Part shown: positions 49,031 through 58,281 of the stretch, one piece after another
How positions within the stretch are numbered: position 1 is the first letter of the stretch
How the letters are laid out: every line of letters starts with the position of its first letter
Assembly (NCBI GenBank): GCA_033812795.1
Contig: JAPXSY010000008.1
Location: 12,496 to 76,495 of the forward strand
Source: Kiritimatiellia bacterium
GTDB taxonomy: Bacteria; Verrucomicrobiota; Kiritimatiellia; RFP12; UBA1067
Reading direction: 5' to 3'
Length of the DNA stretch: 64,000 bases
Notes under the pieces: generated by a model
The model's database searches: none
Told to the model about the DNA's origin: nothing
What the model saw: only the letters and a program-made list of their open reading frames with translations
Made by a program: the position numbers and the translations under genes

Positions 49031-50143
49031 ATGAAAAGCAGAATACTGATGGTGGCGATATTGGCTGCGGTCAGTAAGGGAATGGCGGCTAGGACATCGC
49101 GTGTCTTCGGCGATAACATGGTCCTTCAAAGCGGTCGTCCGATACCCGTGTGGGGCACGGGCGAGGTCGACGAGACCGTATCCGTCGCGTTCGGCGGCAA
49201 CACCGCATCATGCCGGGTCGGTGCGGATGGCAAATGGCAGGTCGTCCTCAAGGCCGAGAGCCCTGCGGTGGCACCGCGCGAACTGACGATCACCGCGGCA
49301 TCGGGTGCGCAGACGTTCAAAAATGTGCGCGTCGGCGATGTCTATATCATTATGGGCGACCGACATGTTGGCTGGCCGTTCTGGTCGGTCGGCGCGGAGA
49401 TCAAGACGGATCTCGATCGCTACGCCGACACAAACCTCTGCTACTTCATTTCGCCCATCCAGCGGCGCGCGTCGTATCCGCTCGATGACCTCGAACCGCC
49501 GACGCCGCATGCCGGCTTCTGGCGCAGTGTCGTCAACAAGGATCGGCTTAGCTCTTTCGCCTACTTCTATGCGCGCGAACGCGCCGTGAAGACGAAGATG
49601 CCCGTTGGCGTCATCGTTGTGACCGGCGGGGCGTACGATCGTTGTGATGCGCGTATGTTCATGCGCCCCGAGGCCTATGCGGCCAGTCAGAACGACAAGG
49701 GCAATCCGCAGGCATATGACGCGCTCAACCCGACATCCGAGAAGGGGCTCGCCGCGCTCAAGGAGGCGGCCGCCCGCATTCAAACGTGGGCCGATGACGC
49801 GCTCGCGCTTCCACAGGGTGAATATCCCGCTTCCAACATGCCTGAGTTGCCGAATCTGGAGAAGTATGGACAAGTCACTACGCATTACAACTACCAGATG
49901 TCGCCATTCGCCAAGACGCCGATCAAGGGCGCGGTGTTCTATGCGGGCTACGGATGGGGATACGACCCGAAAGAAGCGCCGCTCGCCGAAGAACTGAAAA
50001 CCGACATGCGCCGTGTCTGGGGCGACGACATCGCGTTCACCATCGTTCCGGTACCGGAGAAGACCGTGATGGAAGGGGATTGTCCCTCAGAATGCAACAA
50101 GCCGCTGGAAGTCGTCCGCAATCTGGACGCGTCGAACAAATGA
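49031..50143 (+). CDS. truncated, degenerate SASA-like protein lacking the catalytic GQSNM motif (likely pseudoenzyme)
   Basis: 370 aa with signal peptide MKSRILMVAILAAVS. The N-terminal 'VFGDNMVLQSGRPIPVWGTGE..' is homologous to the SASA paralogs. At the catalytic position, 'VGDVYIIMGDRHVGW' replaces 'VGDVWLCSGQSNM'. AGGGGAGAACAGGACAAGGAA RBS region. Confidence 0.5.
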   Translation: MKSRILMVAILAAVSKGMAARTSRVFGDNMVLQSGRPIPVWGTGEVDETVSVAFGGNTASCRVGADGKWQVVLKAESPAVAPRELTITAASGAQTFKNVRVGDVYIIMGDRHVGWPFWSVGAEIKTDLDRYADTNLCYFISPIQRRASYPLDDLEPPTPHAGFWRSVVNKDRLSSFAYFYARERAVKTKMPVGVIVVTGGAYDRCDARMFMRPEAYAASQNDKGNPQAYDALNPTSEKGLAALKEAAARIQTWADDALALPQGEYPASNMPELPNLEKYGQVTTHYNYQMSPFAKTPIKGAVFYAGYGWGYDPKEAPLAEELKTDMRRVWGDDIAFTIVPVPEKTVMEGDCPSECNKPLEVVRNLDASNK

Positions 50144-50162
50144 CAGGAGATCGAGGAAGACG

Positions 50163-51776
50163 ATGAGGTCAATGGTTGCGGTGTTTTTGGGGTGCCTCGC
50201 GCTCGGTGCGCAGGCGTTTACGGTGTCAACGATCTATTCGGACAACATGATGCTCCAGCGCGGCAAGCCGATCAAGGTGACGGGGTCGGGCGCGCCGAAC
50301 GAGACCGTGGAGGTCACGTTTGACGGCGAGACGGTGAAGGCGGCGGCGAACGCGCACGGACGATGGCTCGCGACACTCGCGCCGCGTGAGGCGTGTAAGG
50401 TGCCGAAGACGTTGACCGTCACGGGCGGCGGCAAGACTGTCACTTTCAAGAACGTTCTCGTCGGTGACGTGTGGGTCTGCTCGGGGCAGTCGAACATGCA
50501 CTGGAACATCGCCTGGGGCGGATGCTACCATCAGGAGGATGTCAAGGCCGAGGCCGAGACGAACGCACCGTATTTCCGCGGGATCGACCTGAGGCGCGGA
50601 TCACTCCTCTTTCCTGCGGCTGAGGTACGCCTCGACGGTTGCAGTTACAAGAAGTGGGTGAAAATGGGCAAGCGTCCTGGCGAGGTCTCGGCGCTCGGCT
50701 TCATGTTCGGGCTTAAGCTCTCGAAGGCTTGTCCTGACGTGCCGATGGCGATCATCTCGCTCGCTCAAGGCGGCAGTCGCATCGAACCGTGGATCCCGCT
50801 AGACGGCTATGATGGAATCAAAGGCCTTGAGGAAGAGGCCGCTGCGGCGGAACTTTACGACTTCGGCAAGCCGCAGGGACGCGCGGTGCTGAATGGGGTA
50901 CTCAAGGACATCTCCGGTTGGGCAAAGGGCTTTGCGGCGCTTTCAACGAACGACTTCCCGTATGCGCCGCAGCCGATGCTGCCGCGTCCTCTCAAAGGAC
51001 ACGCGGGACTCTACAACCACATGATGGCGCCACTGGAGACATTCCCGTTCAAGGGCGTGATCTGGTATCAGGGTGAGTCCAACGAGGACGATGCGAAATA
51101 CGGCATCAAGCAGCGCGCGCTCATCACCTCCTGGCGCAGGCGTTTCGACACGGACATGCCGTTTTACTTCGTTCAACTTCCTAACTTCGGCGAGAAGAAC
51201 AAGCCCGGTGATTTCAGGATGCGAAAGTACTCCGCAATCCGTATTCTCCAGGCCGAATCGCTGGATCTGCCGCTGACCGGCATGGCCGTCACGACTGACA
51301 CGGCGGACGACAACCAGTTACATCCCAAGAACAAGCTTGACGTCGCCGACCGCCTTGCGCGCATGGCGCTGAATGACCTCTACGGTCAGAAACAGCCGAA
51401 CGAGGGTCGCTCTCCCGTATTCCGTGCCGCGGCGCTTTCGGCTGACGGCAAGGAGATCGTCATTCACTTCAAATATGCCGAAGGCGGTCTCGCCAATGGA
51501 ACGCGCGAGATCGAGAAAGCGCCGGTGCTAACGGATGCGAAGGATGTCAAGGGCGTCGTCGTCACGCTTGCGAACGGACGCGAGGTCGCACCGGAGTCAG
51601 CAGTGATTGACGGTGAGGTTTTCCGCATTTCCGTTGACGGCGACCAACCGATTGCCGCCGTGCGCTACAACTGTTTTGCCTACCCCGAGCACCACGTCTG
51701 GTCAAAGACAACCGGACTGCCGCTTGCCCCGTTCAAGACAGCATCCCTTGTTACCTGTAGTGCGATACCGAAATGA
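50163..51776 (+). CDS. SASA-domain carbohydrate esterase (paralog)
   Basis: Signal peptide MRSMVAVFLGCLALGAQA. 'VGDVWVCSGQSNMHWNIAWG' is present. GAGGAAG RBS. Confidence 0.7.
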   Translation: MRSMVAVFLGCLALGAQAFTVSTIYSDNMMLQRGKPIKVTGSGAPNETVEVTFDGETVKAAANAHGRWLATLAPREACKVPKTLTVTGGGKTVTFKNVLVGDVWVCSGQSNMHWNIAWGGCYHQEDVKAEAETNAPYFRGIDLRRGSLLFPAAEVRLDGCSYKKWVKMGKRPGEVSALGFMFGLKLSKACPDVPMAIISLAQGGSRIEPWIPLDGYDGIKGLEEEAAAAELYDFGKPQGRAVLNGVLKDISGWAKGFAALSTNDFPYAPQPMLPRPLKGHAGLYNHMMAPLETFPFKGVIWYQGESNEDDAKYGIKQRALITSWRRRFDTDMPFYFVQLPNFGEKNKPGDFRMRKYSAIRILQAESLDLPLTGMAVTTDTADDNQLHPKNKLDVADRLARMALNDLYGQKQPNEGRSPVFRAAALSADGKEIVIHFKYAEGGLANGTREIEKAPVLTDAKDVKGVVVTLANGREVAPESAVIDGEVFRISVDGDQPIAAVRYNCFAYPEHHVWSKTTGLPLAPFKTASLVTCSAIPK

Positions 51777-52372
51777 AGGACCACAAAACCTTCGACGCGC
51801 ATCGCCGTTCCCAGATCAACGGTAACTTCAGTACCACCGTCGACATCCTCGGAAGGGAACGGGTGGGGGCATGGGAATTTCGCCCCGTGTCCCTCCCACA
51901 CCATCGAACATGCGGTTTTCCGCGTCCCATGAATGACGCCATTCCCCGAGGCACGTCATGTTGCCGTCGGCATCATAGGTGGGGAGAGTTTGGACAGGAT
52001 TAACAGGATTTACAGGATTGGAGATCAGGGTGTATTGGTTGAGGCTGTTGGCGGTGTAGGTGTTGGTGGCGGCGTAGATGCAGAGGGCGGCGACGAGAAT
52101 TAGGAAAACCGCCCGGTCGACGCCAGACAGGGCGCGGAGGATGCGCCGAAGGCGGGCAGGGATGCCCGCGTTCGGGACTTTTCACCTCTGGTTTCAAAGT
52201 CATCCTTTGGTTTTCGCCCGGTGCCCGGGCAGCCGGCTTAACATCATCTGAGTTCCAGGCGCGCGCCGTCCGCGGCGATCGCTACGTATGCGGCGCGTTT
52301 CATTTTTCGTTCCCTTCCCCGGTTTTCCGGGAACTTCGCAACCGTTTTTTTAGCCCCGCCGATGATCGATAA

Positions 52373-55300
52373 TCAGCGTGCGCAGAAGCGATAACGGCCG
52401 GAGCCGACACGGAATGCCATGCGGTCGCGGTCTGACGTGACAGGCGCCACATCGGCGGTCACGTTCTTCGCGTCGGGTTTGACCGGCAGATAGATGGTTG
52501 CTTCGGTGTTGACCGGAACCTCGACTTCCAGCACAAACGCGCCGTTCTCGCGCCGCCATTCGCTGCGGATGAGACCGTAGGGCGAATCGTGTTCAGCCTT
52601 GACCCAATCCAAGTCCGCCACCGGCTCCGGCGCGATGATAAAACGCTTGAAGGCCACGGCCTGCGGATCGGCGTCCACGGCGATGGCGGAGACGTTGTCG
52701 GCCAAGCGGATACCGCCAAGATATTGGTAAAACCAGGCGGAAAGGTCGCCGAACATGATGTGGTTACGCGACGAGCCTCCTTTCCAGCTTTCCCAGAAGG
52801 TGGTGGCGCCGCGCTTGATCCAGTTGCCGAAGGAAGGGTATTCTTCTCGCGTGGCCATGGTGAAGGCGAGGTCGGTGCGGCCAGCTTCGCTCAGTGCGCG
52901 AAACACGTACTTCGAGCCAAGAATACCGAAGTCCGGGAAAGCGTTGTTCTTTTGTACGGCCTCGACCAGCCGTGCTTCGACGGTAGAACGTTCGGTTGCC
53001 GGAACCAACCCCTGGTGTAGCGCACAGCTCTGCGCGGTCTGACTGCCGATCGAGTAGACGCCGTTGCCTTTGTAGAGGTGGCGCGTGTAAGCCTCGCGGA
53101 TCGAACGCGCGAGCGCGGCGTATTTCTGGGCGTCGGCAGTCTTGCCGAGCCGTTCGGCAACACGCGCTACGATCTGCGCGTCAAGATAGTAGTAGCCGGT
53201 GGAGGTCACCTCGATCGGCGTCTTGGTTTTGACCGGGACCCAGTCGCCGAGACCGTGCGAGACAATTCCGTCCTTGGCGCGGGAGGTCATGTAATCGACA
53301 TACTTCGTCATAGCCGGATAGGCGGTTTCCAGCACACGGGTGTCGCCTTGGTAGACGTACAGCATCCACGGAATAATGACGAGCGCGCTGTCCCAAGCCG
53401 GACCGTTACCCCACTGGTACCCCCATCCACTGGTTGGCACAATGCCCGGCAGGTTGCCGTCGGGACGCTGCTCGTCGATCAGGTCCTGCACCCATTTCTC
53501 ATAAGCCGCCGTATTTTGAAAATTGTACATCGCGAGTTCCGAGGCCAACGACGCATCGCCGGTCCAGCCGTTTTTTTCGCGGTGCGGGCAGTCGGTGGGA
53601 TACCCGTTGACGAAGTTGCCGCGATAGGCCCAGAGGATGGCGTGCTGGAGCTTGTTCAGCAGTTCGTTCGAGCAGGTAAAGCGACCGGCGTCTTTAAAAT
53701 CAGTGTGGACCACGCAGGCCTCGATGCTTGAGGCGTCCGGCGGGCGCGTCAGGCCGCTGATCTGCACATACTGGAAGCCGTTATAGGTAAAGCGTGGCTC
53801 ATACACCTGAGTGCGGCTGCCGTCACACACGAAACGGTCTGTCTGGAACCAGCCGCCCGGCAGTGTTCCGAACGACGCGGGATAACGGAAGTGTTCGTCG
53901 GTGCCTTTCATGTTGAGGCTCCCGTCATCGTTGCGTTTTTCACCGTATTGGATCGTGACCACGTCGCCAGCGCACTGTCCGGCGATCTTGAGCTTGACCC
54001 ATCCTGCGGCGTTCTGGCCGAAATCGACCAGCCATGTGCCGGGTGTGATCGCGCGCACGGCGACCGGTTGCAGGCGCTGCGCCACCACACTCGGCGGCAG
54101 CGCGGAGGCGGCGAGGCGTCCGGCGGGCGCGGGGACCACGTCGGCCATCAACACCCGCTTTTCAAGGTCGGGCGCGCCCTTCGGCGCCTTGCCGAGCACC
54201 TCGCCTTCGCGAATGCAGTCGAAGCCGACGGGGCTCGCGACTTGACGCCAGGTGTCGTCGGACACCACCATCATGCGCGTACCGTCATCGTACGTGATCT
54301 CAAGCTGCGCCAGCATGCGCGGGAAATCGCGCCACGGGGCATTGTCGAAGTTCCAGACGGCGACGCTGCGCACGTCGTACCAGCCGTGTCCCAGTAGCAC
54401 ATGCAACCGGTTTTCGCCGCGCGTGAGCCTCTCGGTCATGTCGTAGGTGGAGTAGAGCACGCGCCGGTCGTAGCGGGTGGGAACAGGGTCCAGCACCTTG
54501 CGGCCGATACGCTGCCCATTGAGGCTCGCCTCATAAAAGCCGAGGCCGGTGATGTGCAGCGTAGCCTCGCGCACCGGGCGAGTAACCGTGAAACGCTTTT
54601 CAAAGGCAGGCGAAACGAGTTCCCTGCGCCGTTCGATCTTACCCCAAGGCGCACCGTCCACGGGGCCGGCTATCACAGCGGCTTTCCATGCGTCATGCGC
54701 GAAACCATCGGCCTTTTCTTTCCAGCCGTCCACAGCTTGCGCTGAGGAGCTCCAAGTGGTGTCGGTCGGCACGGCTTGGCCGTCGGCGAATTTCAGCACG
54801 GCGAGCAGGGCGGTGGGCCCCGGCGCCTTGTTTTTGACGGTGGCGGCGATCAGGTTGCGACCGGGCTTGATCAAGGCCGAAACATCCTGAAAACGCATCC
54901 AGCGCGATTCGTTGAAGTGGCCCCAGGTTTTGGCGGCGCGCTTGCCGTTGATGAACACCTCATATTCGTCATCCGCCGTGAGAGCCAGCAGCACGGGGGC
55001 GTCTTGTGCGCCACGCGGGGCGTCGAACACTCTGCGGAAGTAGCGGACACCTTGCGCCGCCTGCTCCAGTGAGGGGGCATCGCCGGTCCAAATCCACTGT
55101 GCGCCGGCCAGATCGCAGTCCGGACGCGTGGCGGCATTCGCGCCGATCCAGCGGGCCTGCCAATCGTTCGGACGCATCACGCCCATGATCCAGCGTCCCG
55201 TTGCACTCCAGGCGGTGGGCGCATCGCTTTGGTTGTCCCAGACGCGTACCTTCCAATAACAGCGCTGCGACGTTACGAGCGGCTTTCCGACGTAAACCAC

Positions 55301-55606
55301 ATTCAACGATTGATCGGAAACCACACGGCCGCTATCCCAGAGATCGCCTTGATTGTCACGCAGCCGTTCCGGCGAAGATGCCACCAAGATCTGGTAGGCG
55401 ACCTGGCGCAGGTCACGCGCCGACCGACGCGCGGCGATCAGTTTCCAACTCAGACGCGGGGCCGCATGGTCGAGTCCCACAGGGTCTTGCAGATAATCGA
55501 CCGTCAGAGCCTGCGGGGCGGCGAGCGCACCGTGCTGCCCCCACATTTTTTGTGCGCAACCTGCAACAACCATCAAGCCCGCCAGCATACATAAAAACTG
55601 TCTCAT
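52373..55606 (-). CDS. alpha-L-rhamnosidase, glycoside hydrolase family 78
   Basis: 1077 aa with a signal peptide. GH78 hallmark blocks are 'PTDCPHREKNGWTGDA', 'HGLGDW' and 'TTFWESWKGG', with beta-sandwich N-terminal domains. Confidence 0.8.
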   Translation of the reverse strand: MRQFLCMLAGLMVVAGCAQKMWGQHGALAAPQALTVDYLQDPVGLDHAAPRLSWKLIAARRSARDLRQVAYQILVASSPERLRDNQGDLWDSGRVVSDQSLNVVYVGKPLVTSQRCYWKVRVWDNQSDAPTAWSATGRWIMGVMRPNDWQARWIGANAATRPDCDLAGAQWIWTGDAPSLEQAAQGVRYFRRVFDAPRGAQDAPVLLALTADDEYEVFINGKRAAKTWGHFNESRWMRFQDVSALIKPGRNLIAATVKNKAPGPTALLAVLKFADGQAVPTDTTWSSSAQAVDGWKEKADGFAHDAWKAAVIAGPVDGAPWGKIERRRELVSPAFEKRFTVTRPVREATLHITGLGFYEASLNGQRIGRKVLDPVPTRYDRRVLYSTYDMTERLTRGENRLHVLLGHGWYDVRSVAVWNFDNAPWRDFPRMLAQLEITYDDGTRMMVVSDDTWRQVASPVGFDCIREGEVLGKAPKGAPDLEKRVLMADVVPAPAGRLAASALPPSVVAQRLQPVAVRAITPGTWLVDFGQNAAGWVKLKIAGQCAGDVVTIQYGEKRNDDGSLNMKGTDEHFRYPASFGTLPGGWFQTDRFVCDGSRTQVYEPRFTYNGFQYVQISGLTRPPDASSIEACVVHTDFKDAGRFTCSNELLNKLQHAILWAYRGNFVNGYPTDCPHREKNGWTGDASLASELAMYNFQNTAAYEKWVQDLIDEQRPDGNLPGIVPTSGWGYQWGNGPAWDSALVIIPWMLYVYQGDTRVLETAYPAMTKYVDYMTSRAKDGIVSHGLGDWVPVKTKTPIEVTSTGYYYLDAQIVARVAERLGKTADAQKYAALARSIREAYTRHLYKGNGVYSIGSQTAQSCALHQGLVPATERSTVEARLVEAVQKNNAFPDFGILGSKYVFRALSEAGRTDLAFTMATREEYPSFGNWIKRGATTFWESWKGGSSRNHIMFGDLSAWFYQYLGGIRLADNVSAIAVDADPQAVAFKRFIIAPEPVADLDWVKAEHDSPYGLIRSEWRRENGAFVLEVEVPVNTEATIYLPVKPDAKNVTADVAPVTSDRDRMAFRVGSGRYRFCAR

Positions 55607-55703
55607 TCGACTCCCCCAACCTAAATTACCAACACGTTGACACTGTACACGACCGTTCGTGCAGGCTCAATCAAAAAGGAAACCATTCGAATGACGCCTC
55701 ACT

Positions 55704-55946
55704 TTGACACGTGAGGTTGAACGAAACGGAAAACTTCCGCGCTTCCCCTCCATACGCCGGATGTGCGATACTTCGCACCTGCCGAATTTCTGTTGGAATT
55801 CGTCGATGGAAGGATCGCGCGGTTTCAGCGGGTTACTCGACAACTTCCGCATCTACGGCCGGATCCTCAACGGGCAGGAGTTGCGGAACGTGATGCTGAC
55901 GGATGATTCGGATGTCTCGCGGAGGCTGAGCATCCGCATCCACTGA
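55704..55946 (+). pseudogene. probable remnant (C-terminal ~40 aa) of a LamG/concanavalin-like domain gene
   Basis: TTG-initiated 80-codon ORF. '...GSRGFSGLLDNFRIYGRILNGQELRNV' matches the characteristic terminal strand of LamG_3 domains (fdG.iDevRIYnraLsaaEi). It is far too short for a full domain. Confidence 0.3.
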
Positions 55947-55957
55947 AGGAGGACCAA

Positions 55958-57052
55958 GTGGAAAACTCTCTTCCCATCGTTGCGGTGGGGCTGAGCGGCG
56001 GCGTGGATTCAGCGGTCACGGCTTGGCTGCTCCAACAGCAAGGCCACCGTGTGATCGGCCTGACCATGAGCATCTGGGATCCGTCGTTCGGCGCGGCCAC
56101 CGCGAAACAGAGCGGCTGTTTCGGACCCGGCGAAGCGGAGAATCTCGCGGCGGCCCGCGCGATTGCCGAACGTCTCGGCATCCCCCACCACACCATGCAT
56201 CTGGCCCGCGAGTACGGGTGCGGGGTCTTGGACCCGTTCCGCGCACAGCATCTGGAGGGCCGCACGCCCAATCCCTGCGCCCTCTGCAATCCGATCATGA
56301 AATTCGGGCTCCTGCCCGCACGCGCCCGGGAGAAGGGAATCGGGTTCGACCGCTTCGCCACCGGCCATTACGCACGGATCGTCCAAGACGGGGAAACGGG
56401 GTTGTTCCGTCTGCTACGCGGCGTGGACCCCACCAAAGAGCAGTCCTATTTTCTCGCGCGCCTGACCCAGGCGCAACTGGCCCGAATCCTCTTTCCGATC
56501 GGCGCGATGGCCAAGTCTGAGGTGCGCGAGACCGCCCGACGCGCGGGGCTGGGTGATCTGACCGAAAAACCGGAGAGTCAGGATTTCTTCGAAGGTGAGG
56601 ACATCGCCGCGCTTTTCCACGGTGCGGGAACCGAGCCGGGACCGATCACGGATGAGGCGGGCCGGGTACTGGGCCAGCATCGCGGCATCATCCGCTACAC
56701 TGTCGGACAACGGGACGGCCTCGGCATCGCGGTCGGTCACAAGGTTTACGTGAAGACGATTCATGCTGACACCAACACGCTGGTGGTTGCCCCGCGCGAG
56801 GGGGTCTTTTCCGACAGGTGCCGCGTCAACGACTTCCACTGGATCGCGGGCGAACCGCCGCAACCGGAGCGCGCGCTCACCGCGCACCTACGTTACCGGC
56901 ACAAAGGGGTTTCGGTTCAAATCACGTTCGGGCCCCACCCCGAAACGTTCGACCTGCTTTTCGCGGAACCGCAGTTCGCCGTGACCCCGGGCCAGATGGC
57001 CGTGCTCTACGACGGTGATGAGGTGCTGGGCGGCGGTTGGATCGCAGTGTGA
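55958..57052 (+). CDS. mnmA: tRNA-specific 2-thiouridylase MnmA
   Basis: GTG start with a GAAGGAGGA RBS. PP-loop 'GLSGGVDSAV' and 'NPCALCN' Cys motif are present. Full-length collinearity with MnmA/TrmU. Confidence 0.8.
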   Translation: MENSLPIVAVGLSGGVDSAVTAWLLQQQGHRVIGLTMSIWDPSFGAATAKQSGCFGPGEAENLAAARAIAERLGIPHHTMHLAREYGCGVLDPFRAQHLEGRTPNPCALCNPIMKFGLLPARAREKGIGFDRFATGHYARIVQDGETGLFRLLRGVDPTKEQSYFLARLTQAQLARILFPIGAMAKSEVRETARRAGLGDLTEKPESQDFFEGEDIAALFHGAGTEPGPITDEAGRVLGQHRGIIRYTVGQRDGLGIAVGHKVYVKTIHADTNTLVVAPREGVFSDRCRVNDFHWIAGEPPQPERALTAHLRYRHKGVSVQITFGPHPETFDLLFAEPQFAVTPGQMAVLYDGDEVLGGGWIAV

Positions 57053-57189
57053 TGATCCGTTCGCAACAGGAGGGAGGAGACGTGCCGTGGAGGCGGTTGC
57101 CGTAATCGGTTTCCGAGCCGGACTTGACGAACGCCCGTCACCTGTGAGACAAAACGTGTGTTGGGATCCTTCGTTCAGGAATAAGCCTC

Positions 57190-57879
57190 ATGACATGTAA
57201 AGATATTCCCGCCGTTAACCGGCTGCTGAAAACCGCCTTCCACAGCATGCGCGCCCCGATTGTCGATCTGATCGCCGCGCAGACCCGCGACCCGTTCCGG
57301 GTACTGCTCGGCACCATCCTGAGCGCACGCACCCGAGACGCCTGCACCGCCGAGGCCTGCAAGCGTCTTTTCGCGCGGGTCACCACGCCGGACGCGTTGC
57401 GGCGCATTCCCCAAGACGAACTCGAACGGCTGATCTTTCCCGTGGGGTTCTATCGCGATAAAGCGCGCCACCTCAAAGCCCTGCCGCAAGTTCTGGAACA
57501 ACGGTTTGGCGGCGTACTGCCCGATACGGTCGAAGAACTCTGCGAACTGCCCGGCGTGGGGCGGAAGACCGCGAATCTGGTGGTGGCGCTGGGTTTCGAC
57601 AAGCCCGCGATCTGCGTGGACGTCCACGTCCACCGCATCACCAACCGGCTCGGTCTCGTAAACACGAAAACACCCTTCGAGACCGAGATGGCATTGCGCG
57701 CCTGCCTTCCCAAACGGTACTGGAAAACCTGGAACTCCTACCTTGTCGCGTTCGGGCAGACACGCTGCCTGCCCCGTAACCCGCGTTGTGACGGATGTCC
57801 GCTAGCGACGTTCTGCCCCTCTTACGCCGGAAAAAAAAGAGACGCCCCCGGTCTTCCGAAGGCGTCACGTCAGGGCTGA
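57190..57879 (+). CDS. nth: endonuclease III (DNA glycosylase/AP lyase), HhH-GPD with 4Fe-4S cluster loop
   Basis: HhH-GPD block 'LCELPGVGRKTANLVV'. C-terminal Cys-x6-Cys-x2-Cys-x5-Cys ('CLPRNPRCDGCPLATFC'). Confidence 0.75.
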   Translation: MTCKDIPAVNRLLKTAFHSMRAPIVDLIAAQTRDPFRVLLGTILSARTRDACTAEACKRLFARVTTPDALRRIPQDELERLIFPVGFYRDKARHLKALPQVLEQRFGGVLPDTVEELCELPGVGRKTANLVVALGFDKPAICVDVHVHRITNRLGLVNTKTPFETEMALRACLPKRYWKTWNSYLVAFGQTRCLPRNPRCDGCPLATFCPSYAGKKRDAPGLPKASRQG

Positions 57880-57889
57880 ACCCATTCGA

Positions 57890-58090
57890 TCAGAACATCT
57901 CGCGCGCTGCGCGGCGAGAGTTGTTCCGGATACGGGCGCGTGCCGATTTGCGGCGGGCCTTTTCGCACGGTTTCTCATAATAACGATTATTGCGGAGCTG
58001 CTTCAACAAGCCCTCCTTGTCCATAATCTTCTTCAACCGTTTGAGCGCACGCTCGACGGACTCGCCTTTTTTCAATCGGAGTTGGATCAC
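57890..58090 (-). CDS. rpsU: 30S ribosomal protein bS21
   Basis: 66-aa basic protein, '(M)IQLRLKKGESVERALKRLKK...YYEKPCEKARRK', typical of S21. The start is taken as the second GTG (58090), 8 nt after a GGGGG SD; the alternative GTG is at 58099. Confidence 0.75.
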   Translation of the reverse strand: MIQLRLKKGESVERALKRLKKIMDKEGLLKQLRNNRYYEKPCEKARRKSARARIRNNSRRAAREMF

Positions 58091-58174
58091 GCTGTTCACC
58101 CCCTTTCAACCCGACCTGCGGCGCGGTTCCGGCGGGTTTCCCCTCCATGACACAGCCGCTTGGTTAAAAGAAGT

Positions 58175-58204
58175 AAAATAACAGAATATGCTGCCTGCCG
58201 TCAA
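58175..58204 (-). promoter_or_regulatory. candidate sigma70-type promoter for rpsU (-35 TTGACG, -10 TATTTT)
   Basis: The minus-strand reading is TTGACG-N17/18-TATTTT, ~75 nt upstream of the rpsU start. It sits back-to-back with the tRNA-Tyr promoter. Confidence 0.4.
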
Positions 58205-58234
58205 TCCGTGACCGGGAAAAAAGCATTTGCCGCG

Positions 58235-58263
58235 TTGACATCCGCCCCGCTTTTTGCGATATT
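58235..58263 (+). promoter_or_regulatory. candidate sigma70-type promoter for tRNA-Tyr (-35 TTGACA, 17-nt spacer, -10 GATATT)
   Basis: Consensus -35 at 58235-58240, a 17-nt spacer, and GATATT at 58258-58263. This is ~19 nt upstream of the mature tRNA 5' end. Confidence 0.5.
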
Positions 58264-58281
58264 TCTGGAACTTTTTGTTGC

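Noticed and set aside
52000-52203. 67-codon minus ORF (MTLKPEVKSPERGHPCPPSAHPP...)
   Set aside because: It is Pro/Arg/His-rich low complexity, with no RBS. It sits in an ambiguous spacer; see the finding for 51777-52372 for the other frames considered.
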